Shown here piece after piece: positions 25,748 through 34,531 of a DNA stretch of 64,000 bases. Position numbers and translations under genes: made by a program. Each line of letters begins with the position of its first letter. Position 1 is the first letter of the stretch. Below the pieces are notes generated by a model. That model made no database searches and was not told the DNA's origin. It saw only the letters and a list, made by a program, of their open reading frames with translations. The DNA comes from Pseudomonadota bacterium (lineage in GTDB: Bacteria > Myxococcota_A > Polyangia > Polyangiales > Polyangiaceae), in the NCBI GenBank assembly GCA_023428245.1, contig JAEYYX010000048.1, forward strand, positions 23,847 through 87,846, read 5' to 3'.

Positions 25748-27556
25748 TCAGACCTTCTCGCTGTCGCGACGGGGGCGCCGATTCCCGTCGAGGACCTTCT
25801 TGCGGACGCGGATGGCGGTCGGGGTGATCTCGACGAGCTCATCGCGGTCAATCCACTCGAGAGCCGTATCGATGGTCAGTGCGCGAGGCGGGGTCAAGAT
25901 CACGTTCTCGTCGCGGCCGGCTGCGCGAATGTTCGTGAGCTTTTTCTCTTTGGTCACGTTGACGTCGAGATCGTTCTCACGATTGTGCTCGCCGACGATC
26001 ATGCCCTCGTACACCTCAGCGCCTTCGCGGATGAACATCTGGCCGCGAGGCTGCAGTCCGAAGAGCGCATAAGGAGTCGCCACACCAGCGCGGTCAGCGA
26101 CCATTGCGCCGCTCGCGCGACGGAGCATCGGCCCCGCGTAGGGTTCCCAGCCTGCGAACAGAGTGTTCAGAAGTCCGAGGCCGCGCGTCTCGGTGAGGAA
26201 GTCGGAGCGGAAACCGATCAAACCACGGGAAGGAACGCGGAACTCGACGCGCGCGCGCCCCGAGCCCATGTTCGTCATGTTCGTCATCTGGCCGCGTCGC
26301 TCACCGAGCCGAACCGTTACCGCACCGACGTACTCTTCCGGCACATCGATCACGACGAGCTCGACTGGCTCCTCCCGGACCCCATTGTTCTCGCGCACGA
26401 CTACCTCGGGCATGCCGAGCGAGAACTCAAAGCCTTCACGGCGCATGGTCTCGGCGAGCACCGCGAGCATCAGCTCACCGCGACCGTAGACGATAAAGGT
26501 GTCGGGCTCGTCGGTCGATTCGACGCGGAGCGCGAGGTTTCTCTTGGCTTCCTTCTCGAGGCGCTCCTTGATGTGGCGCGATGTAACCCATTTTCCGACC
26601 TTGCCTGCGAAGGGCGAGTTTGAAACGACGAAGCGGATCTTGATGGTCGGTTCTTCGACGGAGATGCGCGGGAGAGCTTCCGGCTGCGTGGGATCGGCCA
26701 GCGTATCGCCGATCTGGACCTCTTCGAGGCCCGCGACAGCGACGATATCGCCTGCGATTGCTTCCTCGACCTTCACGCGCGCCGTACCCTCGTAGCGGTA
26801 CACAGCGCTCAGACGCGCCTGCTTCGTCGACTCTTCGCCGATGAAAGCGACGCTCGAGTTGACCCGGATCTTGCCGCGCCAAACGCGACCGATCGCGAGA
26901 CGGCCGACGTACTCATCGTGCTCGATGTTGTGCACGAGGAACTGGAGCGGAGCTTCCACGTCGAGCTTCGGGGGCCTCACGCGCTCGATGATGGTCTCGA
27001 AGAGCGGCGTGAGGTCTTTGCCTTCATCGTCAAGGCTGCGCTTGGCGATGCCGAGCTTTCCGATCGCGTAGATGGTCGCGAAATCCGCCTGCTCGTCGGT
27101 CGCGTCGAGCTCACAGAAGAGGCTGAAGGTCTCGCTCAGAACGTCGTCCGGCCGCGCGTCCTGGCGATCGATCTTGTTGATCACGACGATGACCGGGAGC
27201 CCGAGTTCAATCGCCTTGCCGAGCACGAAGCGGGTCTGGGGCAAAGGGCCTTCAGCGCTATCGACGAGCAAGAGCACGCCGTCAGCCATCTTCAAGGTTC
27301 GCTCGACCTCGCCGCCGAAATCCGCGTGGCCCGGAGTGTCGATGATGTTGATCGTAGTGTCCCCAAAGCGCACCGAGCAGTGCTTGGCGAGAATAGTGAT
27401 GCCGCGCTCCCGCTCGAGGTCGTTCGAATCCATGATTCGGTCGACGACTGCCTCATTGACGCGGAACACACCCGTCTGCCTGAGCATGGCATCGACCAGC
27501 GTGGTTTTTCCGTGATCGACGTGGGCGATGATCGCAACGTTGCGCAGTTCGGACAT
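25748..27556 (-). CDS. typA: translational GTPase TypA/BipA
   Basis: NVAIIAHVDHGKTTLVD, DTPGHADFGGEVER, NKIDR, and EF-G-like domain order over 602 aa. Confidence 0.95.
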   Translation of the reverse strand: MSELRNVAIIAHVDHGKTTLVDAMLRQTGVFRVNEAVVDRIMDSNDLERERGITILAKHCSVRFGDTTINIIDTPGHADFGGEVERTLKMADGVLLLVDSAEGPLPQTRFVLGKAIELGLPVIVVINKIDRQDARPDDVLSETFSLFCELDATDEQADFATIYAIGKLGIAKRSLDDEGKDLTPLFETIIERVRPPKLDVEAPLQFLVHNIEHDEYVGRLAIGRVWRGKIRVNSSVAFIGEESTKQARLSAVYRYEGTARVKVEEAIAGDIVAVAGLEEVQIGDTLADPTQPEALPRISVEEPTIKIRFVVSNSPFAGKVGKWVTSRHIKERLEKEAKRNLALRVESTDEPDTFIVYGRGELMLAVLAETMRREGFEFSLGMPEVVVRENNGVREEPVELVVIDVPEEYVGAVTVRLGERRGQMTNMTNMGSGRARVEFRVPSRGLIGFRSDFLTETRGLGLLNTLFAGWEPYAGPMLRRASGAMVADRAGVATPYALFGLQPRGQMFIREGAEVYEGMIVGEHNRENDLDVNVTKEKKLTNIRAAGRDENVILTPPRALTIDTALEWIDRDELVEITPTAIRVRKKVLDGNRRPRRDSEKV

Positions 27557-27600
27557 GGGACGCGCCTGCTAGCTGCTCCGGGCGCGCCCCGCAAGGAGAC

Positions 27601-28152
27601 TCAAGGGAAGCCCGGGAGATTCCAAAGTCCACTCAGCCTGTAGAGAACACCGTCGCTCTTCGCGTGAATCTCCGCGGAGAGACGGAGAAAAGCGACATGG
27701 GCTTCCGACAGCGCCCCCTGCCCCTCCCCCCAGTCGAGCTCAAAATTTCCCTGTTCCGCCACGAGAATTTGGCTGCCTGAGCTGCCGATCTCGAGGGTCA
27801 CGCGGGTCCCAGCTTTGAGCACGAGGCGCTCGAAGGACAGTCCGTTCTGTCCCCCTTCGGAGAGCAGCGGATAGCGGCGACCGCGACCGAGGCGCGCCGA
27901 AGGCACCGCCTTGAGCGCCACGATCAGCGCCGCGTCAGGCGCCGCGGCCACGAGCTGGTCTACTGTGGTGCCGAGAGCGCGCGCGACCCGGAGAGCTACG
28001 GCCAGCGTCGGGTTGGCCTGACCCGCCTCCAGGTGGGCGATGGTCGGGCGCGGCACCCCAGACGATTCGGCGAGCGCGGCCTGACTCCAACCGAGCCGCT
28101 CACGCAGCCGCTTCAAGTTGCGCGCGATCAATGTCGACGCATCGTCCGTCAT
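27601..28152 (-). CDS. XRE-family transcriptional regulator with a C-terminal cupin-like domain
   Basis: HTH_3 segment LKRLRERLGWSQAALAESSGVPRPTIAHLEAGQANPTLAVALRVARAL. The C-terminal ~90 aa is beta-rich and cupin-like. Confidence 0.8.
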   Translation of the reverse strand: MTDDASTLIARNLKRLRERLGWSQAALAESSGVPRPTIAHLEAGQANPTLAVALRVARALGTTVDQLVAAAPDAALIVALKAVPSARLGRGRRYPLLSEGGQNGLSFERLVLKAGTRVTLEIGSSGSQILVAEQGNFELDWGEGQGALSEAHVAFLRLSAEIHAKSDGVLYRLSGLWNLPGFP

Positions 28153-28208
28153 GACGACGCATTGTACACGGCCGCACCGGGGCCCGAAAGGCGCCTCCCT
28201 GGCTTTTG

Positions 28209-28766
28209 TTAGGGGGCGATCTCGACACGGCCGATATCGACCACCTCGTCCCAGGCGGATTCGTGACCTTCGTAATGAACCTTGAGTCGTCCGGCGCTCT
28301 CCACTTCGAGCACCGTCGCTCGATAAAAGGACCCCCGAAAGCGCACACGCACCTTATCGCCGACCTTAAAGCGACTGAGCCGCGAGGCCGCATCGCTCTT
28401 CTCTTCTTTGTTCTGGAGCGCTCGCACGTGCCGGGGCGGCGGGGGGAACACGCGCTCCCGAGCGAAACCCTTGATGCGATCGAGGGTCACATCCTCATCC
28501 CAACGCGCCGGATAACCGTCAAAATGCACGCGGAAGCGCGCGTCGCCCCGAGCTAAAATGATATAAGCGGGGTAGAGCTGCTTCTCATCGCCCCACTCGA
28601 CGAGCACGTAGTCGCCCACCCTGTAAGGGCGCTGACAGGCGACCACAAACAAGAAAAGCCCGAGGGCGAGAAGTCGGAGCGCTCGGCTGAGAATCGTCGG
28701 CGCGAGGCCTAACCCTGCCCTATCCAGGCTCGACTGCCGCGAAAGAGAAACGCGAGCGCTCGTCAT
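28209..28766 (-). CDS. membrane-anchored protein with two Tudor/Agenet-like (SH3-fold) repeats
   Basis: One TM helix (LLALGLFLFVVA), then two ~50-aa repeats: YRVGDYVLVEW...YPAYII...FRVHFDGY...WDEDV and FKVGDKVRVRF...YRATVL...LKVHYEGH...WDEVV. The ATG overlaps the CPBP stop. Confidence 0.7.
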   Translation of the reverse strand: MTSARVSLSRQSSLDRAGLGLAPTILSRALRLLALGLFLFVVACQRPYRVGDYVLVEWGDEKQLYPAYIILARGDARFRVHFDGYPARWDEDVTLDRIKGFARERVFPPPPRHVRALQNKEEKSDAASRLSRFKVGDKVRVRFRGSFYRATVLEVESAGRLKVHYEGHESAWDEVVDIGRVEIAP

Positions 28767-29611
28767 GAAAGACCTCTATCGAGAGCGCGCCGCCGAGCAC
28801 TCTTCGTGTCCCGGCCCACGAACAGAAAAAGGAGAGCCAAGGTCAGGACGACGCCAGCCGAAATGAAAAGCTCGGGCTCGCCACTCAAGGAGAAATGTTC
28901 CGGCGGACCAAACAGCTCAAAGGTCCCATCGAGAACCGCGAAGCCGTTGAACCCGATGTGAAAGGCCAGGCTCGGAATGAGCGAGCCCGAAAGAGCCCGA
29001 AGGGCCGAGAGGACAGCGGCGACCACACCGAGAGCCGGCCACAGCTTCGGCTCGAGGTGGCTCAAGAGAAACCCGGCCCCGGAGATGACGGCGGCGGCCA
29101 GAAGAGTCTTCCCGCCTTGCCTGAGGGAGCCAAAGATAGCCCCGCGGAAGAAGACCTCTTCTGCAAGAGGCACGAGCACGACCAAAATCACCGCGAGCAT
29201 CACGCCGTGCGTCACGCTGGTGGGACGCAACATGGCGGCTCGCTCCGCGATCTCACTCGGGGGACTCGGTGAAATCGACTCCATGAGCACCGCGATGCGG
29301 CGCGCCGGGATCTGGCTGAGCGCCCCACAAAAAAAACTCACGAGCACTAGGAAGGCCGGCACCGGACGAAAGGCGAGAGTGTTCGGACGCCCCGCCGGCC
29401 CGAGCAAGAACGCACTGGCGAGCAAAAAGGCGATCGCCGAAAGCCCACCGAGGGTGACAAGATCTTTCAGAGCGTCCGGGGAAGTCGCTCCAATCAGCAT
29501 CACCACGAGCGAAAAAGCCAGCATGGTGCCGAGCATCCAGAGTCCCGCCTCGAGGAGCCCGAACCGGGGCCCATCCTCACCGGCCGGTCTCAGAGAAGGG
29601 CGCTTCGTCAT
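28763..29611 (-). CDS. CPBP-family intramembrane glutamic endopeptidase (CAAX protease-like)
   Basis: Polytopic membrane protein with PLAEEVFFRGAIFG (EExxxR) and AFHIGFN (H motif). The ATG overlaps the nadB stop. Confidence 0.85.
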   Translation of the reverse strand: MTKRPSLRPAGEDGPRFGLLEAGLWMLGTMLAFSLVVMLIGATSPDALKDLVTLGGLSAIAFLLASAFLLGPAGRPNTLAFRPVPAFLVLVSFFCGALSQIPARRIAVLMESISPSPPSEIAERAAMLRPTSVTHGVMLAVILVVLVPLAEEVFFRGAIFGSLRQGGKTLLAAAVISGAGFLLSHLEPKLWPALGVVAAVLSALRALSGSLIPSLAFHIGFNGFAVLDGTFELFGPPEHFSLSGEPELFISAGVVLTLALLFLFVGRDTKSARRRALDRGLS

Positions 29612-31311
29612 GAAAGGGCGCTCCCTCGGAGCTTCGGTCGGGTCCCGATCTTCTGCACGGTATCCCGCAGGAAGTCAGGGGAGAGTTCCGGGTGATCGAC
29701 GGTGAAATGGAGCCCGCGGCTCTCCTTGCGCGTCTGGGCCGCGGCGATCACAAGGGAGGCAACCAGCTGAATGTTGCGGAGCTCAAGGAGATCGCGCGTG
29801 ATGAAGTGCTTCCAATAGTACTCGAGGATTTCGCCTTCGAGCACGTTCACGCGGCGCTCGGCGCGGCGGAGACGCGAATCGCTGCGCACGATGCCGACGT
29901 AGTTCCACATGAGGCGCCGGACCTCGTCCCAGTTCTGGGTCACGATGACAGCTTCGTTGCTCGGGCCTGCATCGCCCGTCTCCCAAGGGGGAACCGAGGG
30001 CTCGGGGCGGCCGCGCAGTTCCTGGATCTGCTCGCGGAGCTTTTGAGCCGCGCGGTCGGCAAAGACAAGCCCCTCGAGGAGCGAGTTCGATGCAAGGCGG
30101 TTCGCTCCGTGGAGCCCGGTGCAGGCCGTCTCACCGATCACCCACAATCCCGGGAGGCTGCTTCGCCCCCAAAGATCGCTCGTCACCCCGCCGCACATGT
30201 AGTGCGCCGCGGGCACGACAGGGATCGGATCCCGCGTCATATCGAGACCGTAAGAGAGAGAGCGCTCGTAGATGTTCGGGAAACGGTCCCGGATGTAGCT
30301 GGCCGGTTTGTGGGTGATGTCGAGTAGGACGAACTCACTTCCGGTCCGCTTCATCTCGAAGTCGATGGCGCGCGCAACGATGTCACGGGGGGCGAGATCC
30401 GCGAGCTCGTGGTGCTTCGGCATGAAGGCTTCGCCCGTGGGAAGCCGGAGCACGGCGCCCTCCCCTCGCAGCGCTTCGCTGACGAGAAAACTCTTGGCGC
30501 GAGGTTCATAAAGGACCGTCGGGTGGAACTGGAAAAACTCCATGTTCGCGACCTCGGCCCCCGCGCGAAACGCCATCGCGACTCCGTCGCCCGTCGCGAC
30601 GTCGGGATTCGAGGTATAAAGGTAGACTTTCCCGGCTCCGCCCGTCGCTAGAATCGTCGCGCGGGCTCGGATCGTCTCAACGCGCCCTGTGCGCTCGTCG
30701 AGCACGTACGCGCCCACACACTCGTCGGGCATGCCGAAGCGGCTGTGCACGATGAGGTCGACGCCCATGCGCCACTCGCAGACCTCGATGTTCTCATGCT
30801 TGAGGACGGCTTCGGTCAGGGCCCGCTGGATCTCCGCGCCCGTCAGATCTTTCGCATGTGCGACACGCCGCTCGCTGTGCCCACCTTCACGGGCCAGATC
30901 GAGAGCTCCGTCCTCACGACGCGAAAACTGTGCGCCCACGTCCATGAGCCATTTGAGGACACGGGGACCCTCCGTCACACAGAGATCGACCGTTTCCGAG
31001 CGACAGAGCCCAGCCCCAGCGGTGTGAGTGTCTCGGATGTGTTTTTCGAAGCTATCGAGCGGATCGAGCACCGCTGCGATGCCGCCTTGAGCCCGAGCGC
31101 TCGCTGAATCCTCGAGGCTTCGCTTTGTCACCAACAGAACGGTGCCGAACTCTGCTGCGCGGAGCGCAAAGGAGAGACCGGCGACGCCACCGCCGAGGAC
31201 AAGAAAATCAGGGGATGACAACTGGGGCACGGGCGGCTCAATACCAAGGCCCCGGGCCACTTGCACGGCCGCGGGGGCCCTCCTACGCTGGGAGAACAGT
31301 AGAGCGTGCAT
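29608..31311 (-). CDS. nadB: L-aspartate oxidase
   Basis: FAD-binding FLVLGGGVAGL, RAQGGIAA, HGANRLASNSLLEG. Size and layout are those of NadB. Confidence 0.92.
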   Translation of the reverse strand: MHALLFSQRRRAPAAVQVARGLGIEPPVPQLSSPDFLVLGGGVAGLSFALRAAEFGTVLLVTKRSLEDSASARAQGGIAAVLDPLDSFEKHIRDTHTAGAGLCRSETVDLCVTEGPRVLKWLMDVGAQFSRREDGALDLAREGGHSERRVAHAKDLTGAEIQRALTEAVLKHENIEVCEWRMGVDLIVHSRFGMPDECVGAYVLDERTGRVETIRARATILATGGAGKVYLYTSNPDVATGDGVAMAFRAGAEVANMEFFQFHPTVLYEPRAKSFLVSEALRGEGAVLRLPTGEAFMPKHHELADLAPRDIVARAIDFEMKRTGSEFVLLDITHKPASYIRDRFPNIYERSLSYGLDMTRDPIPVVPAAHYMCGGVTSDLWGRSSLPGLWVIGETACTGLHGANRLASNSLLEGLVFADRAAQKLREQIQELRGRPEPSVPPWETGDAGPSNEAVIVTQNWDEVRRLMWNYVGIVRSDSRLRRAERRVNVLEGEILEYYWKHFITRDLLELRNIQLVASLVIAAAQTRKESRGLHFTVDHPELSPDFLRDTVQKIGTRPKLRGSALS

Positions 31312-31349
31312 TTTTCACGAGCACGCTGCCCTGGCCCGCATCGAAGGAG

Positions 31350-32183
31350 ATGAGCGTGAAGATCCTGGTTCCGATCAAGAGAGTGAGCGACCCCGACAAC
31401 GCCAACAAGATCAAGGTTGCCCCCGGGGGGGCCGCGATCGACGCGGGTGGCCTCGAGTGGAAGATCAACCCGTTCGACGAGTACGCGCTCGAAACCGCGC
31501 TCCGTCTGACGGAAAACGGCGCCCTGCCGAAACAACGCGAAGGCGAGGTCATCGTCGTGACCTTCGGCCCCAAGGAGGTCGAACCGATCCTCAGGAGCGC
31601 CCTGGCCACTGGCGCCAGCCGGGCGATCCGCGTGGAGGCAGAGGACAGCCAGCTCGATGGTGGCATCGTCGCCGCCGCCCTGAAGACCCTCGTCGAAGCT
31701 GAAAAGCCTGACTGGGTCATCCTCGGCAAACAGGCCGTCGACGGCGACTCGAATCAGGTCGGCCAGATGCTCGCTGAGCTGCTCGACGCGCCCATGGCAA
31801 CCTTCGCTGCCACGATCAAAGAGGAGGCGGATGGTCGCCTGCTCGTCGGTCGTGAAGTCGACGGCGGTCTCCACAAGGTACGCCTGACCGGTCCCGGCGT
31901 CGTCACCGTGGACCTGCGCATCGTGGCGCCGGAGAGCGTCTATTCGAACAAGACGGACGCCTCCTTCAAGTACCAGGAGGGCGTCCGCTTCGCGCCCCTA
32001 CCCGCGATCATGCAGGCGAAGAAGAAGCCCCTCGACACGAAGACGCTCGCGGAGCTGACGAACAAGGCGGCCGCGATGAACTACACGAAGTTCGAGCTGC
32101 CCGCCGGGCGTAAGGCCGGATCGAAGGTCGCAAGTGTCGCTGAACTGGTCGCGAAGCTGACGAACGAGGCGAAGGTCCTCTGA
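31350..32183 (+). CDS. etfB: electron transfer flavoprotein beta subunit
   Basis: MSVKILVPIKRVSDPDNANKIKV is preceded by GAAGGAG. The ATG at 31350 lies within the longer track ORF. Confidence 0.9.
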   Translation: MSVKILVPIKRVSDPDNANKIKVAPGGAAIDAGGLEWKINPFDEYALETALRLTENGALPKQREGEVIVVTFGPKEVEPILRSALATGASRAIRVEAEDSQLDGGIVAAALKTLVEAEKPDWVILGKQAVDGDSNQVGQMLAELLDAPMATFAATIKEEADGRLLVGREVDGGLHKVRLTGPGVVTVDLRIVAPESVYSNKTDASFKYQEGVRFAPLPAIMQAKKKPLDTKTLAELTNKAAAMNYTKFELPAGRKAGSKVASVAELVAKLTNEAKVL

Positions 32184-32206
32184 GCCGACAGGGAGTGAAA
32201 GAGAAG

Positions 32207-33178
32207 ATGCAAAACGTATTGATTTTGGCGGAGCTCGGCGAAGGCAAAGAACTCAAGAACGCGACGCTGTCCGCGATCGAGTTCGGTTATTCGTGCCTCG
32301 CTACGGTCGGCGGTTCCCTCGACATCTTGGTGCTCGGGAGCGACACCAAGGATGCGGTCGCGACGCTCAAGAAGCACGGCGCAGGTAAGGTCATCGTCAT
32401 CGAAGACCCCGCCTTCGCTCACTACCTCGCGGAAGAGTACGCGCCGACCGTCGCCAGCATCGCTGGTTCCTACGGCCTGCTCGTGGCGACCGCGACGACC
32501 TTCGGAAAGGATCTCTTGCCGCGCGTGGCTGCGCGCATCGGCGCCGCCTACGCAACGGATGTCTCCGGAGTCGTGACGGACGGCGGCGAGCTCAGCTTCC
32601 GCCGCCCAATGTTCGCCGGAAACGCCATCGGCTACACGACGCTCAAGTCGGCCCAGAAGATCGTCACGGTGCGTCAAAGCGAGGTTTCTGCCCACGAAGC
32701 GGGCAGCAGTGAGTCACCCGTCGAGACGGCTCAACGGGTAGCCCCGAGCGGCAGCGCTCGTGCGCGCATCGAGCACGTCGCTCTCGAAACAGTCCAGTCC
32801 GAGCGCCCCGACCTCGGCGACGCCAAGACCGTCGTCTCCGGTGGCCGCGCTCTCAAGGAGCGCTTCTTCGAGGTTCTCGAACCTCTAGCCAATACGCTCG
32901 GCGCAGCGCTCGGTGCGAGTCGTGCGGCGGTCGACGCCGGGTATTGCCCGGGCGACTTCCAGGTCGGCCAGACGGGCAAGATCGTCGCCCCGACCCTCTA
33001 TTTCGCCATCGGTATTTCCGGAGCCATCCAGCACATCGCCGGCATGAAGAACTCCAAGGTGATCGTGGCGATCAACAAGGACCCGGACGCGCCGATCTTC
33101 CAGGTCGCCGACTACGGCCTCGTGGCCGACCTTTTCACGGCGGTGCCCGAGCTCGTTGCGGCCCTGAAGAACCGCTAA
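32207..33178 (+). CDS. etfA: electron transfer flavoprotein alpha subunit
   Basis: C-terminal FAD block [47 protein letters not shown]. The ATG at 32207 (MQNVLILAE) is preferred over the GTG at 32195. Confidence 0.9.
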   Translation: MQNVLILAELGEGKELKNATLSAIEFGYSCLATVGGSLDILVLGSDTKDAVATLKKHGAGKVIVIEDPAFAHYLAEEYAPTVASIAGSYGLLVATATTFGKDLLPRVAARIGAAYATDVSGVVTDGGELSFRRPMFAGNAIGYTTLKSAQKIVTVRQSEVSAHEAGSSESPVETAQRVAPSGSARARIEHVALETVQSERPDLGDAKTVVSGGRALKERFFEVLEPLANTLGAALGASRAAVDAGYCPGDFQVGQTGKIVAPTLYFAIGISGAIQHIAGMKNSKVIVAINKDPDAPIFQVADYGLVADLFTAVPELVAALKNR

Positions 33179-33214
33179 GGCCCCCGATTTCACACGAGGG
33201 CGCGCCGACAGCGC

Positions 33215-33243
33215 TTGACAGTCTGTCGCGCCGCCCTCATTCT
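33215..33243 (+). promoter_or_regulatory. sigma70-type promoter candidate for tRNA-Pro
   Basis: TTGACA, a 17-nt spacer, then CATTCT, 44 nt upstream of the tRNA 5' end. The tRNA-Gly and tRNA-Met(+) genes have the same architecture upstream. Confidence 0.5.
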
Positions 33244-33286
33244 CCCCGCCCCCGACGCGCCCTCGTGGCGCTGCTGGGGGCCCATT

Positions 33287-33360
33287 CGGGGCGTGGCGCA
33301 GTTTGGTAGCGCGCACGGTTCGGGTTCGTGAGGTCGGCAGTTCGAATCTGCCCGCCCCGA
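33287..33360 (+). tRNA. tRNA-Pro (anticodon CGG)
   Basis: Hand-folded cloverleaf: acceptor CGGGGCG/CGCCCCG, D stem GCGC/GCGC, anticodon stem CACGG/TCGTG with loop TTCGGGT, T arm GGCAG-TTCGAAT-CTGCC. CCA is not encoded. Confidence 0.9.
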
Positions 33361-33364
33361 CAAA

Positions 33365-33396
33365 AGCCGAGGAAATCCCTCGGCTTTACTTTTTTC
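33365..33396 (+). terminator. rho-independent terminator after tRNA-Pro
   Basis: 8-bp stem AGCCGAGG / CCTCGGCT with a 5-nt loop, followed by TTACTTTTTTCT. Confidence 0.65.
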
Positions 33397-33608
33397 TACG
33401 AGCGGCTGGACGGGATTTCGAGCCGAACCGTCCAAGAGGGGGAGACTTTTGCTCTTTTTTGGTTCGGATGTACTGACACGGTAACGAGTCCGAGGTATTG
33501 TGCTCTCACTGTAGAGAAACCAGGTGTAGGAAACCTGGACGCAGCCTTCTCTGATGAGAATTTCGGGCCCCCGAATCTCCTCAGAAAGGCGCAGAGGAGA
33601 CACCCGCC

Positions 33609-34217
33609 GTGGCAATTGAAGTTCCGAACGTCAACATCCTTATCGTAGACGACGACCAAGACATCCTGGAGTACATGCAGACGCTCCTCGAAAAGGATGG
33701 ATTCGAGGTCAAGACGCAGAGCGACCCGACGCGGGTCGAAGATGAAGTTCGTCAGGGCTCATTTCACGTCATCATCCTGGACGTCATGATGCCGGAACTC
33801 GATGGCATCGAGGTGCTCCGCCGGATTCGAGCGATCGATACGGATGTCGCTGTCGTGATGTTCACTGCACATCCGAACCTGGAAACCGCTGTGGCCTCGA
33901 TGAAGCTCGACGCCGTCGACTACATCAAGAAGCCCTTCAACGTTGACGAATTCCGCGAGGTCCTCGCGCGCGTCATGAAGAAGAAGGGACTCGCTCGCAC
34001 TCCCGAAGAACAGCTCCACAAGATCATCGGCGACACCATCCGAGGGCTCCGCAAAGATCAGGAGCTCACCCTGAAGCAGATGAGCCGCCGGACCGGCCTC
34101 AGCATCTCCCTCCTGTCCCAGATCGAGCGCGCCGAATCGAGCCCGTCGATCTCGAGCCTCTACAAGATCGCCGTCGCCCTCGACTCGAAGATCAACAGTC
34201 TCTTCGGCGACAACTGA
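33609..34217 (+). CDS. response regulator with receiver domain and XRE-type HTH output domain
   Basis: Receiver: ILIVDDDQDILEY...ILDVMMPELDGIEVLRRIR...KP. C-terminal HTH_3: LRKDQELTLKQMSRRTGLSISLLSQIERAESSPSISSLYKIAVAL. GTG start. Confidence 0.85.
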   Translation: MAIEVPNVNILIVDDDQDILEYMQTLLEKDGFEVKTQSDPTRVEDEVRQGSFHVIILDVMMPELDGIEVLRRIRAIDTDVAVVMFTAHPNLETAVASMKLDAVDYIKKPFNVDEFREVLARVMKKKGLARTPEEQLHKIIGDTIRGLRKDQELTLKQMSRRTGLSISLLSQIERAESSPSISSLYKIAVALDSKINSLFGDN

Positions 34218-34250
34218 GCCCCCTCTCCTCTGCGTCGGCGCACTCCCCGA

Positions 34251-34270
34251 GGAGAGCCTCAAGGCTCTCT
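34251..34270 (+). terminator. hairpin after the response-regulator gene (possible terminator)
   Basis: GGAGAGCC-tcaa-GGCTCTCC, an 8-bp stem 34 nt after the stop. No U-tract. Confidence 0.3.
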
Positions 34271-34348
34271 CCGGAAACGCTCTGGCGGAATTGAAGCAGG
34301 AAGAAAAAGAGCAGACCTCCCAATGTCCGCCCCCCTGCCAATTCTTAC

Positions 34349-34377
34349 TTGACGGAAAGGGATCAGCTCTCCATATT
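34349..34377 (+). promoter_or_regulatory. sigma70-type promoter candidate for tRNA-Met
   Basis: TTGACG, a 17-nt spacer, then CATATT, 26 nt upstream of the tRNA 5' end. Confidence 0.5.
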
Positions 34378-34402
34378 CCCGGACCCGCGCGAGCGGGACC
34401 TC

Positions 34403-34476
34403 GCCAAAGTAGCTCAGCCGGTTAGAGCATACGCTTCATAAGCGTGGGGTCGGCGGTTCAAGTCCGCCCTTTGGCA
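34403..34476 (+). tRNA. tRNA-Met, elongator type (anticodon CAT)
   Basis: Cloverleaf: acceptor GCCAAAG/CTTTGGC, D stem GCTC/GAGC, anticodon stem TACGC/GCGTG with loop TTCATAA, T arm GGCGG-TTCAAGT-CCGCC. It lacks the initiator features (1-72 mismatch, three G-C pairs at the base of the anticodon stem). Confidence 0.85.
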
Positions 34477-34531
34477 CTAGAAAACATCCTGTTTCCCGCA
34501 TCGGCGCGAGCCGGTGGAATCTCCCCTTCCG

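Noticed and set aside
33407-33423. Sigma-54-like -24/-12 element (CTGGACGGGATTTCGAGC) upstream of the response regulator
   Set aside because: The GG is present but the -12 element reads TTCG instead of TTGC, and the spacing is off by one. This is too weak to call.
33287-34476. A tRNA-flanked genomic island carrying the response regulator
   Set aside because: Only one gene lies between the tRNAs. There is no integrase, and I could find no direct repeat of either tRNA 3' end. The lower GC content is kept as a minor note in the findings.
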